32,000 nt of DNA. It comes from Candidatus Karelsulcia muelleri (GTDB lineage: Bacteria > Bacteroidota > Bacteroidia > Flavobacteriales > Blattabacteriaceae). The first letter of the stretch is position 1. Every line of letters starts with the position of its first letter. Positions 20,861 through 30,320 of this stretch are shown one piece after another. The notes beneath the pieces were generated by a model. That model saw nothing but the letters and a program-made list of their open reading frames with translations, did no database searches and was not told where the DNA came from. The stretch lies in NCBI RefSeq assembly GCF_003214255.1, contig NZ_CP029011.1, forward strand, positions 1 through 32,000, in the 5' to 3' direction. The position numbers and the translations under genes are program-made.

Positions 20861-20930
20861 ATATTATATTATATTATATTATATTATATTATATTATATT
20901 ATATTATATTATATTATATTATATTATATT
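20861..20930. repeat. Perfect pentanucleotide microsatellite (ATATT) x14
   Basis: There are 70 bp of uninterrupted ATATT units, with partial units on both sides. The array lies in the 113-bp divergent spacer between the atpD start (20849) and the rsmA start (20963). Confidence 0.95.
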
Positions 20931-20962
20931 ATATATTTTATTAATATAAATATTAAATTAAG

Positions 20963-21724
20963 ATGTTTTTTAAGAAAAAATTAGGTCAATATTTTTTACA
21001 TGATAAAAATATTGCACAAAAAATAGTGAATAGTATTTCATTTAAAAAAACTATTGTAGAAATAGGTCCCGGAATGGGAATGTTAACACAATATTTATTA
21101 TTAAAATCTAAAAATGTTTTTCTTATAGAAATAGATAAAAAATATGTTTTTTTTCTTAAAAAAAAATTTTCAATTATAAAAAATAATATTTTTAATTTAA
21201 ATTTTTTAAATTGGAATCCCCAAGAATATTTTTTATCTTCTTTTACTTTAATTGGAAATTTTCCATATAATATTTCCTCACAAATTTTATTTAAAATAAT
21301 TAAATATCGTGAATATATACCAGAATGTATAGGAATGTTTCAAAAAGAAGTTGCAGAAAGAATAACCTCTAAAAATAAAAAAAAATCATATGGGAAATTA
21401 TCTGTAATAATGCAAACATTTTATAAAATAGAATATTTATTTACAGTTAATAATAATGTTTTTATTCCTAAACCAAGGGTAAAATCTGCTGTGGTAAAAA
21501 TGTTAAAAAAAAAATTAAATTTTAAAATAAAAGAATCTATATTTTTTAATATAGTTAAAACAGCCTTTCTTTATAGAAGAAAAAAATTATTTAATTCATT
21601 AAAAATATTATCGTTTTCTACAGAATTTTATAAACTTCCTATTTTAAATAAACGAGTTGAACAATTATCTGTAAATGATTTTATTTTACTTACAAAGTAT
21701 GCTAGCAAAATAAAAATAGATTAA
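20963..21724 (+). CDS. rsmA: 16S rRNA (adenine1518/1519-N6)-dimethyltransferase
   Basis: The 253-aa ORF has KKKLGQYFLHD, VEIGPGMGMLT, GNFPYNISSQILF and FIPKPRVKSAVV. Confidence 0.9.
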   Translation: MFFKKKLGQYFLHDKNIAQKIVNSISFKKTIVEIGPGMGMLTQYLLLKSKNVFLIEIDKKYVFFLKKKFSIIKNNIFNLNFLNWNPQEYFLSSFTLIGNFPYNISSQILFKIIKYREYIPECIGMFQKEVAERITSKNKKKSYGKLSVIMQTFYKIEYLFTVNNNVFIPKPRVKSAVVKMLKKKLNFKIKESIFFNIVKTAFLYRRKKLFNSLKILSFSTEFYKLPILNKRVEQLSVNDFILLTKYASKIKID

Positions 21725-21769
21725 AAACTTATTTGTTTTTTTTTAAAAAAATATATATATATATAATAT

Positions 21770-21842
<73 letters not shown>

Positions 21843-21850
21843 TACTTACT

Positions 21851-21874
21851 TAAAATTAAAATTAAAATTAAAAT
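21851..21874 (+). repeat. 6-bp tandem repeat (TAAAAT) x4
   Basis: It lies between the tRNA-fMet 3' end and the ileS start. Confidence 0.85.
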
Positions 21875-21892
21875 AATTGATACATAAAAAGT

Positions 21893-24800
21893 ATGTTTAA
21901 AGAATATAAACATTTAGAAATAGAAAAACTAACAAATGAAATAATAATTTATTGGGAAAAAAAAAATTTTTTTAAAAAGAAAAAGAAAAAAGACATATAT
22001 ATAATATATGAAGGTCCTCCTTCTTCTAACGGTTCCCCTGGAATACATCATATACTTCCTATAACAATAAAAGATCTATTTTGTAGATATAAAACTTTAA
22101 AAGGAAAAAAAGTAAAAAGAAAAGCAGGTTGGGATACACATGGATTACCAGTGGAATTAGTAGTTGAAAAAGAATTAGGAATTACTAAAAATGATATAGG
22201 AAAAAAAATAAGTATATTTAAATTTAATACTAAATGTAAAGAAGCTGTAATGCGTTATTATAACGAATGGCTGAAATTAAGTAAAAAAATTGGTTATTGG
22301 ATAGATTTAGAAAAACAATATTTTACATTTAAAACTAAATATATAGAAACAATATGGTGGTTATTAAAAAATTTTCATAATAAAAATTTATTATATAAAG
22401 GATATAAAATTCAACCTTATTCTCCTGCTGCAGGAACAGGATTGAGTTCACATGAATTAAATTTCCCTGGTGGGTATAAAAAAATAACAGATTTAACAAT
22501 AATAGTGAAATTTAAATGTATAAAAAATACTCTTCCAAAAGAATTAAAAAAAATAACTGGAGAAATATATTTTTTAACCTGGACAACTACTCCTTGGACT
22601 TTACCTTCGAATACTGCATTAACAGTAGGAAAAAATATAGACTATGTAATAATATCTACATATAATCCTTATTCTTTTTTAAAGATAAATATTATTTTAG
22701 CTAAAAAATTAGTTAAGAAAGTTTTATCAAAAAACTTTTATTATGTAAATTCTAAAAAAGAATTAAAAAAAATTAAAAAAAATAAAATTCCATATTTAAT
22801 TTTAAATGGATTTAAGGGATATAAACTTATTGGAAGTAATTATGAACAATTAATTAATTGGTTTTCCCCCTATAAAGAGAAAGAAAAAGCATTTAAAATT
22901 ATATCTAGTGATATTGTAACTAAAAAAAATGGTACTGGAATAGTACATATTTCACCTACTTTTGGTGAAGAAGATTTTTTTTTATCTAAAAAAAAGGATA
23001 TTCCTCCAATGTTAATTTTAGATAAAAATAAAATTCCTGTTCCCTTAGTAGACATGGAAGGAAAATTTATAAAAGAAACCCCATATGGATTTAGTGGAAA
23101 ATATGTAAAAAATGAATATTATAGTGATAAAAATCGTCCTGCTAAATCAGTAGATTTGGAAATAGCTTTATATTTAAAAAATATAAATAAAGTATTTAAA
23201 ATAGAAAAATATATTCATTCCTATCCTCATTGTTGGCGTACCAAAAAACCGATATTATATTATCCTTTGAATTCTTGGTTTATTAAAACTTCTTTTTTTA
23301 AAGAAAAAATGTTAAAATTAAACAATTCCATAAATTGGACTCCCAAATCCACAGGAAAAAAAAAATTTGGTTTTTGGTTAAAAAATATAAATGATTGGAA
23401 TTTATCACGTTCTAGATTTTGGGGAATTCCTTTACCTATTTGGAGAACAAAAAAGGGAGATGAAGAAAGAGTAATTGGATCTATAAAAGAATTAATAAAT
23501 GAAATAGAAAAATCTGTGAAAGAAGGTTTAATGAGTTATAATCCTTTGAAAAATTTTATTATAGGAAATATGTCAGATAAAAATTATGATAGTATAGATT
23601 TACATAAACATAATTTAGATAAAATTATTTTAATCTCTAATTATAAAAAACCTATGATTAGAGAATCTGATATTATAGATGTTTGGTTTGATTCAGGTGC
23701 TATGCCATATGCACAATTACATTATCCTTTTGAAAAGAAATTTTTAATTGAAAAAAAAATAATGTTTCCTGCAGATTTTATTTGTGAAGGTGTTGATCAA
23801 ACAAGAGGATGGTTTTTTACATTACATGCAATTTCTTGCATGTTATTTAATTCAATTTCATTTAAAAATGTAATATCTAATGGATTAGTTTTAGATGAAA
23901 AAGGAAAAAAAATGTCTAAAAGTAGAGGAAATACTATAAATCCTTTTAAAATTATAAAGAAATATGGTCCTGATACTATTAGATGGTATTTAATATCAAA
24001 TTCTTCTCCATGGGAGAATATTAAATTTAATATAAAAATTATTGAAAAAATAAAACAAAAATTGTTTGGAACATTATATAATGTCTATTATTTTTTTTAT
24101 ATTTATGCTAAAATAGATAATTTTAAATTAAAAGAAAAAAAAATTCTTTTAAAAAAAAGACCATTTATTGATAAATGGATTTTATCTGAATTAAATTCTC
24201 TTATAAAAAAAACAGATTATTATTATCATAATTATGAACCTACCAAAGTAGTACGTAAAATTGAAAATTTTGTAATAGAAAATTTAAGTAATTGGTATCT
24301 AAGATTATCTAGGAAACGATTTTGGAAAGAAAATTATACAACAAATAAAATTTCTGCATATCAAACTTTGTATATTTGTTTATCAACAATATATAAAATA
24401 TCATCTCCTATAGCTCCATTTGTTATGGAAAATTTTTATAAAAATTTAAATTTTTATTTAAAAAAAAAATCTTTTGAAAGTGTACATTTATCAGATTTTC
24501 CTCAATATAATATTAAAGCTATAAATAAAAATTTAGAATTAAAAATGAGGCTAGCTAAGAAAATAACATCAATGATTTTTTCATTAAGAAAAAAAGAAAA
24601 ATTAAAAGTTAGACAACCTTTAAAAAGAGCTTTGATAGTAATCAATACCAATAATTTTAAATTTAATAAATTTTTAAATCTTCTAAAAAGAGAAGTAAAT
24701 ATAAAACAAATAAAATTTTTTTCAAAAAACAAACTTTCTAGTGTTACTAAACAAGAAATTAAAGTAAATTATAAATTACTTGGACCTAAATTTGGAAAGG

Positions 24801-25273
24801 TTGTAACTTTAATTTATAAAAAAATAAATAACTTAACTATAGAAAATATAAAAAAAATAGAAACAAAAAATTTTTTAAGATTAAATATCAATGATAGAAA
24901 AATATGTTTGTCTAAAACAAATGTATTTATATCAACAGTATATCTTAAAGGTTGGAGCGCCTTGTGTAATTATGGAATAACTGTAGCAATAGATACTACT
25001 ATTTCAGATACTCTGAAAAAAGAAGGCTTTTCTAGAGAATTAATAAATAGAATCCAAAATATAAGAAAATTTTTTAATTATAAAATAACAGATAAAATTT
25101 ATCTTTATATAGAAAAATCTTTTTTTATAGATAAAATATTAAAATTGAATGAACACTTTCTTTGTGAAGAAACTCTTACTTCAGAATTAATTGTAATTAA
25201 TCATTTAAAAAATGGGATTTTTTCATTTATTGAAAAAAATAAAATTAAAATTTTATTAAAAAAAAAAGAATAA
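21893..25273 (+). CDS. ileS: Isoleucine--tRNA ligase, long type-2 form
   Basis: The 1126-aa ORF has EGPPSSNGSPGIHHILP (HIGH-like), WDTHGLPVE, WNLSRSRFWGIPLPIW and KMSKSRGN. Confidence 0.95.
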   Translation: MFKEYKHLEIEKLTNEIIIYWEKKNFFKKKKKKDIYIIYEGPPSSNGSPGIHHILPITIKDLFCRYKTLKGKKVKRKAGWDTHGLPVELVVEKELGITKNDIGKKISIFKFNTKCKEAVMRYYNEWLKLSKKIGYWIDLEKQYFTFKTKYIETIWWLLKNFHNKNLLYKGYKIQPYSPAAGTGLSSHELNFPGGYKKITDLTIIVKFKCIKNTLPKELKKITGEIYFLTWTTTPWTLPSNTALTVGKNIDYVIISTYNPYSFLKINIILAKKLVKKVLSKNFYYVNSKKELKKIKKNKIPYLILNGFKGYKLIGSNYEQLINWFSPYKEKEKAFKIISSDIVTKKNGTGIVHISPTFGEEDFFLSKKKDIPPMLILDKNKIPVPLVDMEGKFIKETPYGFSGKYVKNEYYSDKNRPAKSVDLEIALYLKNINKVFKIEKYIHSYPHCWRTKKPILYYPLNSWFIKTSFFKEKMLKLNNSINWTPKSTGKKKFGFWLKNINDWNLSRSRFWGIPLPIWRTKKGDEERVIGSIKELINEIEKSVKEGLMSYNPLKNFIIGNMSDKNYDSIDLHKHNLDKIILISNYKKPMIRESDIIDVWFDSGAMPYAQLHYPFEKKFLIEKKIMFPADFICEGVDQTRGWFFTLHAISCMLFNSISFKNVISNGLVLDEKGKKMSKSRGNTINPFKIIKKYGPDTIRWYLISNSSPWENIKFNIKIIEKIKQKLFGTLYNVYYFFYIYAKIDNFKLKEKKILLKKRPFIDKWILSELNSLIKKTDYYYHNYEPTKVVRKIENFVIENLSNWYLRLSRKRFWKENYTTNKISAYQTLYICLSTIYKISSPIAPFVMENFYKNLNFYLKKKSFESVHLSDFPQYNIKAINKNLELKMRLAKKITSMIFSLRKKEKLKVRQPLKRALIVINTNNFKFNKFLNLLKREVNIKQIKFFSKNKLSSVTKQEIKVNYKLLGPKFGKVVTLIYKKINNLTIENIKKIETKNFLRLNINDRKICLSKTNVFISTVYLKGWSALCNYGITVAIDTTISDTLKKEGFSRELINRIQNIRKFFNYKITDKIYLYIEKSFFIDKILKLNEHFLCEETLTSELIVINHLKNGIFSFIEKNKIKILLKKKE

Positions 25274-25282
25274 TAAAAAATT

Positions 25283-25864
25283 ATGTTAATATTATTAATT
25301 TTTTTAGATCAAATCATAAAAATTTATATAAAAACACATTTTAAATTAGGACAAAGTTTAAAAATTTTTAATTGGTTTCAATTAATTTTTAATGAAAATC
25401 CTGGAATTGGATATGGGTTTAATTTAAAATATGGATATTTAGAAAAACTAATAATTAGTATTATTAGAATAATATTAATTAGAAATTTAAAATTTTTTTA
25501 TAAAAAAAATAAAATATCTATCTGTTTATTATTGGCAGGGGCTATTAGCAATTTAATTGATTGTTTATTTTATGGAATTATTTTTAATAAGGGAGTAAGA
25601 TTTATTAATCATTCTTGGAATTTTTATGAAGGAATTTCAAATATTTTTTATAAAAAAGGATATTCTTTTTTTTTGTGTGGTTGTGTTGTAGATATGTTCT
25701 ATGTTAAATTATTAAAAATAAAAATGCCTAATTATATTCCTCTTTTTAGAAATGTTGAATTAAAATTTTTAAATGTTATTTTTAATTTAGCGGATCTTTT
25801 CATTTTTATGGGAGTAATAATCTTATGTTCTCCCCAGGCTGGATTTGAACCAGCGACCCCCTGA
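25283..25864 (+). CDS. lspA: Lipoprotein signal peptidase II
   Basis: The 193-aa ORF has DQIIK, NENPGIGYGF, and the Asp motifs GCVVDMFYV and FNLADLFIFMG. The last 11-12 codons (..SPQAGFEPATP) are antisense to tRNA-Asn, and the TGA stop at 25862-25864 lies inside the tRNA. Confidence 0.75.
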   Translation: MLILLIFLDQIIKIYIKTHFKLGQSLKIFNWFQLIFNENPGIGYGFNLKYGYLEKLIISIIRIILIRNLKFFYKKNKISICLLLAGAISNLIDCLFYGIIFNKGVRFINHSWNFYEGISNIFYKKGYSFFLCGCVVDMFYVKLLKIKMPNYIPLFRNVELKFLNVIFNLADLFIFMGVIILCSPQAGFEPATP

Positions 25865-25904
25865 TTAACAGTCAGGTGCTCTAAACCAACTGAGCTACTG
25901 AGGA
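25830..25904 (-). tRNA. tRNA-Asn(GUU)
   Basis: The reverse complement folds as TCCTCAG-TA-GCTC-AGTTGGTTTA-GAGC-A-CCTGA-CTGTTAA-TCAGG-GGGTC-GCTGG-TTCAAAT-CCAGC-CTGGGGA-G. The anticodon GTT lies at plus-strand 25867-25869. No CCA is encoded. Confidence 0.9.
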
Positions 25905-25934
25905 ATAATTTATATGTAATATAAAAATTTAAAT

Positions 25935-27743
25935 TTATTTTTCCAAATCTTTATTTTTTGAACTTTTTAAAATTGAAATAAAAGCAGATTTAGGAATTTC
26001 TACTTTTCCAAAAGTTTTAATTTTTTTTTTACCTTTTTTTTGTTTTTCTAATAATTTTCGTTTTCTTGTAAAATCTCCTCCATAACATTTAGAAATTACA
26101 TTTTTTCGTAGGGATTTAATTGTTTCTCTATAAATTATTTTTTTTCCTATAGAGGCTTGAATAGGAATTTCAAATTGGTGTTTAGGAATAATCTTACTAA
26201 GATTATAACAGATTTTTTTTCCTATTAAAAAAGAATTTGTTCTATGAACTAAGGTTGAAAAAGCATCTACAATTTTTCCATTTATAATGATTTCAATTTT
26301 AACAATATCTGATTTTCTATATTCTAAATGAGAATAATCAAAAGAAGCATATCCTTTAGATATGGTTTTTAATTTATCATAAAAATCAAAAATAATTTCA
26401 GAAAAAGGTAATTCAAAAATTAATTCTACTCTAGTTTTAGTAATATAAGTTTGATTCATTATAATTCCTCTTTTTTCAATACATAATTGTATTATTTTTC
26501 CTATAAATTGTGGAATAGTTATTATATTAGCTCTAATATAAGGTTCTTCAATTTTTTCTAATTTATTTTTTTCTGGAAAATCAGAAGGATTATTTATTAA
26601 AAAGTTCAAATTGTTTTTTAAAAAAACCTTATAGTGTACATTTGGAATAGTTGGAATTACATCTATATTATATTCACGTTCAAGTCTTTCTTTAATAATC
26701 TCCATATGAAGTAATCCTAAAAACCCGCATCTAAACCCAGTGCCTAACGCATAAGAAGTTTCTGGTGTAAAGGATAAAGAAGAATCATTTAAAGATAATT
26801 TTTCTAGAGAAAATCTGAATTCTTCATATTTTTCTTTTTTTCTAGGAAAAAATCCTGCAAATAACATTGGTTTTACTTCTTCAAATCCTTCTATCGGATT
26901 TTTAGCTGGATTTATAGCATCTGTTAATGTATCTCCTACTTTAATTTCAGAAGGATTTTTAATTCCAGCAATTAAATAACCTACATTGCCAGCATGAATA
27001 ATTTTTTTTTTTAAATTTTTTAATTTAAAAATTCCTATTTCCTCCACATTATAAACAATATTTGTTGACATAAATTTTATCTTTTGACCTGTTTTTAACA
27101 TACCATTTTTAATTCTAAAATATGTTTGAACCCCCCTAAAAGGATTGTAAATCGAATCAAATATAATTGCTTGTAAAGGTAAGTTAATATCTCCTTTAGG
27201 AGATGGTATTTTTTTAATAATAGAATCTATTATAGATTTTATTCCTATTCCTTTTTTAGCACTTGTACATAATATATCATTTTTATGACAATTTAATAAT
27301 TCTATTATTTCAAGTTTTACTAATTCAATATTAGAATAAGGTAAATCTATTTTATTTATAATAGGAATTATCGTAAGATTACTTGCTAATGCAAGTTCTA
27401 AATTAGAAATTGTTTGTGATTGTATACTTTTTGTGGCATCTATTATAAGTAAAGCCCCTTCACAAGCTGAAATAGATCTAGAAACTTCATAAGTAAAATC
27501 AACATGACCTGGAGTATCTATTAAATTTAATAAATATTTTTTTTTTTTATATTTATATTCCATTTGAATTGGGTGACTTTTTATTGTAATTCCTCTTTCT
27601 CTTTCAATTTCAAGACTATCTAGTAGTTGATTTTTTTTCTCTTTTATTGAAATTGTTTTAGTAAATTCTAATAATCTATCAGCTAATGTACTTTTTCCAT
27701 GATCTATATGAGCAATAATGCAAAAATTTCTTATATTATTCAT
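25935..27743 (-). CDS. lepA: Translation elongation factor 4 (LepA)
   Basis: The 602-aa ORF has IRNFCIIAHIDHGKSTLADR, LIDTPGHVDF, NKIDL and the LepA-specific C-terminal region (..CYGGDFTRKRKLLEKQKKGKK..). Confidence 0.95.
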   Translation of the reverse strand: MNNIRNFCIIAHIDHGKSTLADRLLEFTKTISIKEKKNQLLDSLEIERERGITIKSHPIQMEYKYKKKKYLLNLIDTPGHVDFTYEVSRSISACEGALLIIDATKSIQSQTISNLELALASNLTIIPIINKIDLPYSNIELVKLEIIELLNCHKNDILCTSAKKGIGIKSIIDSIIKKIPSPKGDINLPLQAIIFDSIYNPFRGVQTYFRIKNGMLKTGQKIKFMSTNIVYNVEEIGIFKLKNLKKKIIHAGNVGYLIAGIKNPSEIKVGDTLTDAINPAKNPIEGFEEVKPMLFAGFFPRKKEKYEEFRFSLEKLSLNDSSLSFTPETSYALGTGFRCGFLGLLHMEIIKERLEREYNIDVIPTIPNVHYKVFLKNNLNFLINNPSDFPEKNKLEKIEEPYIRANIITIPQFIGKIIQLCIEKRGIIMNQTYITKTRVELIFELPFSEIIFDFYDKLKTISKGYASFDYSHLEYRKSDIVKIEIIINGKIVDAFSTLVHRTNSFLIGKKICYNLSKIIPKHQFEIPIQASIGKKIIYRETIKSLRKNVISKCYGGDFTRKRKLLEKQKKGKKKIKTFGKVEIPKSAFISILKSSKNKDLEK

Positions 27744-28813
27744 ATTATTTTATTTGATTTTTTAAAAAGTTCATTTATTTTTAATGATAAATCTAAAAAA
27801 ACTATTTCAACAACAGCATTTTTTTCTATTTCATAGATAGCTTTATTAATTTCTATATTTATTTGTTCTATATTTTGTTTATGAATAAATAAACAAAAAT
27901 TTGTCCAATTAAACTTATTATAAGTTAATGGAATTTCTTTTATAAGAAAATTATTATATTTTTGTAGAAAAGCTTTTCTGAAAATTTCTATTAAATATAA
28001 CAAAAATTTTATTTGGGTTTCTTTTTTCCAAAAATTTATTTTTTTAGAAAAAAGAATAATTTTTTCGAAAAAAATAGGATTTTTTTTTATGAAAAATAAA
28101 TTTCTTATCCAAGAAATAAAATTAATTTCTAAATAGTTTTCTTGTAAATTATTTACTAATTTTAAAGCTTTATTTAAATTTCCTTCTGCTTTTAAAGCAA
28201 TTTGTTTAGATTGGATAGTATCAATTTTTAATTTTTTTTCTAAAAATTTTTTTATTTCTTTAAAAGAAAATTTCTTAAAACGTATAAGAAATATTCTAGA
28301 TAAAATAGTCGGTAATATGTTATTTTCATTTTCCCCAACTAATAAAAAAATGGTTTTTTTAGGAGGAAATTCTAAAATTTTTAATAATTTATTACTAGAA
28401 TAAAGTGTTAATTTTTCTGGCATCCATAATATTATTATTTTATAATCACTTTCATAACTTTTATATGTTATCTTTTTTAAAAGATTTTCTATTTGTTCTT
28501 TATATATAAAACATTCATTTGATTTTATCCATTTGATCCAATCTGAAAAACAACCATATGGTTGTTTTTTTAAAAAAATACTCCATTTATTAAAAATATT
28601 TTGATTTTTTTTAGGTAAAGGGAATATAAAATGTAAATCTGGATGTTGAAAATTTTTAAATTTTAACAAACATGAATGATCATCTTCTTTACAGAAAATT
28701 TTTTTAGAAAAATTTATAGCTGTAATTAAATTACCACACCCTTCAGGACCTAAAAACAAAATAGCATGAGGAATTTTATTTATTTTTAATAAATGAATAA
28801 TTTCACTTTTCAT
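27740..28813 (-). CDS. holB: DNA polymerase III delta-prime subunit
   Basis: The 357-aa ORF has HAILFLGPEGCGNLITAINFSKKIFC and HPDLHFI, then an AAA+ clamp-loader-like box (IIILWMPEKL, TILSR). The C-terminus is divergent. The stop TGA overlaps the lepA ATG as ATGA. Confidence 0.7.
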   Translation of the reverse strand: MKSEIIHLLKINKIPHAILFLGPEGCGNLITAINFSKKIFCKEDDHSCLLKFKNFQHPDLHFIFPLPKKNQNIFNKWSIFLKKQPYGCFSDWIKWIKSNECFIYKEQIENLLKKITYKSYESDYKIIILWMPEKLTLYSSNKLLKILEFPPKKTIFLLVGENENNILPTILSRIFLIRFKKFSFKEIKKFLEKKLKIDTIQSKQIALKAEGNLNKALKLVNNLQENYLEINFISWIRNLFFIKKNPIFFEKIILFSKKINFWKKETQIKFLLYLIEIFRKAFLQKYNNFLIKEIPLTYNKFNWTNFCLFIHKQNIEQINIEINKAIYEIEKNAVVEIVFLDLSLKINELFKKSNKII

Positions 28814-28833
28814 AGTTTAAATACTTTAACTTT

Positions 28834-30084
28834 ATGCATAAATCAAAAAAAGTAGAACTTCTAGCACCTGTAGGAAGTTTTGAAGCTTTAGAAGCAGCTA
28901 TTAATTCAGGAGCTGATTCGATTTATTTTGGATTAGATCAATTAAATATGCGTACTAGATCTGTTAATAATTTTTCTATTTCGGATATTCCATTTATTGT
29001 AAAACAATGTAAAAATAAAAATATTAAAACATATTTAACAATTAATACGATTATATATGATCATGATTTATTTTTAATTAAAAAAATAGCAAATAATGCT
29101 AAAAAATTTGGAATTGATGCTATTATAGCAATGGATCAATCAATTATTAATTATGCTAAATCAATTAATTTAAAAGTGCATATATCTACACAATTAAATA
29201 TAACAAATATTGAAAGTATAAAATTTTATTCTTTTTTTGCAGATACTATTGTCTTAAGTCGTGAATTAAGTTTAATTCAAATTAAAAATATTATTTCTAA
29301 TATAAAAAAAAATAAAATTTTAGGGCCTTCAGGCAAATTAATAAAAATTGAAATTTTTTGTCATGGAGCATTATGTATGGCAATTTCAGGGAAATGTTAT
29401 TTAAGTTTCCATTCATATAATTCTTCTGCCAATAGAGGATCATGTAAACAAAATTGTAGAAAAAATTATACCTTAATAGAGAAAAATTCTGGAATTTATT
29501 TAGATGTTAAAAATGAATCATTATTATCATCAAAAGATTTATGTACAATAAATTTTTTAGATAAAATTATTGATTCAGGAATTAGTTTATTAAAAATAGA
29601 AGGAAGAGCACGATCTCCTGAATATGTGGCTAATACAACCTCCTGTTATAGAGAAGCTATAGATTTAATTTTAAAAAAAAAACCAATTCCAGAATCTAAA
29701 ATTAATTTTTGGTTACAAAAATTAAATAATGTTTATAATAGAGGTTTTTATAGTGGCTATTATTTAGGAAATAAAATTGAAAAATGGTCTACTAAAAATA
29801 AAGTAGATTTTTTTTATCCTAAAAAAAAAATTTATTTAGGAAAAGTAAAAAATTTTTATAAAAAATCTATGATTGGAGAATTTTTAATAGAATCATTTCA
29901 TTTAAAATTAAATGATTCTATTTATATTATAGGAATGAAGACTGGAATAAAAAAAACTTTTGTGAAATCATTAATGGTAAATGATATAAAAACTAATATA
30001 GCTTTTAAAGGAGATCTTTGTACTTTTCCTATTAATTTTAATATTAAATTATCAGATAAATTGTATAAAATAATTGAAAAGTAA
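28834..30084 (+). CDS. Peptidase U32-family protein (YegQ/TrhP, RlhA, YrrN/O-like putative Fe-S RNA hydroxylase)
   Basis: The 416-aa ORF has ELLAPVGSFEALEAAINSGADSIYFG and the U32 signature-like EIFCHGALCMAISGKCYLS followed by GSCKQNCRKNY, a Cys cluster. KIEGRARSPEYV is also present. Confidence 0.85.
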   Translation: MHKSKKVELLAPVGSFEALEAAINSGADSIYFGLDQLNMRTRSVNNFSISDIPFIVKQCKNKNIKTYLTINTIIYDHDLFLIKKIANNAKKFGIDAIIAMDQSIINYAKSINLKVHISTQLNITNIESIKFYSFFADTIVLSRELSLIQIKNIISNIKKNKILGPSGKLIKIEIFCHGALCMAISGKCYLSFHSYNSSANRGSCKQNCRKNYTLIEKNSGIYLDVKNESLLSSKDLCTINFLDKIIDSGISLLKIEGRARSPEYVANTTSCYREAIDLILKKKPIPESKINFWLQKLNNVYNRGFYSGYYLGNKIEKWSTKNKVDFFYPKKKIYLGKVKNFYKKSMIGEFLIESFHLKLNDSIYIIGMKTGIKKTFVKSLMVNDIKTNIAFKGDLCTFPINFNIKLSDKLYKIIEK

Positions 30085-30320
30085 TGTTTATTATAAGTTT
30101 TAAAAGAAAAAAATGTATAGGTTGTTATTCTTGTATAGAATCTTCTCCATTACATTTTAAAATGTCAAAAAAAGATGGAAAATCTTTTTTATTAAATTCT
30201 ATAAAAAAAAAAAATTTTTTTATTTTAAAAACCAAAAATTGGGGGACCTTTTTAAATTGTAAAAAAGCTTCAATAGTTTGTCCAGTTAAAATTATTATGT
30301 TAAACTCACAGTTTTATTAA
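30084..30320 (+). CDS. Small single-cluster 4Fe-4S ferredoxin-like protein
   Basis: The 78-aa ORF has CIGCYSC (CxxCxxC) near the N-terminus and a distal C..VCPVKII (CP motif). Its ATG overlaps the U32 stop as TAATG. Its 3' end overlaps the convergent glnS by 26 bp. Confidence 0.6.
   Translation: MFIISFKRKKCIGCYSCIESSPLHFKMSKKDGKSFLLNSIKKKNFFILKTKNWGTFLNCKKASIVCPVKIIMLNSQFY

Noticed and set aside
22870-24732. Minus-strand ORFs of 61 aa and 76 aa inside ileS.
   Set aside because: They are antisense to a conserved aminoacyl-tRNA synthetase gene, with low-complexity F/K/L-rich sequence.
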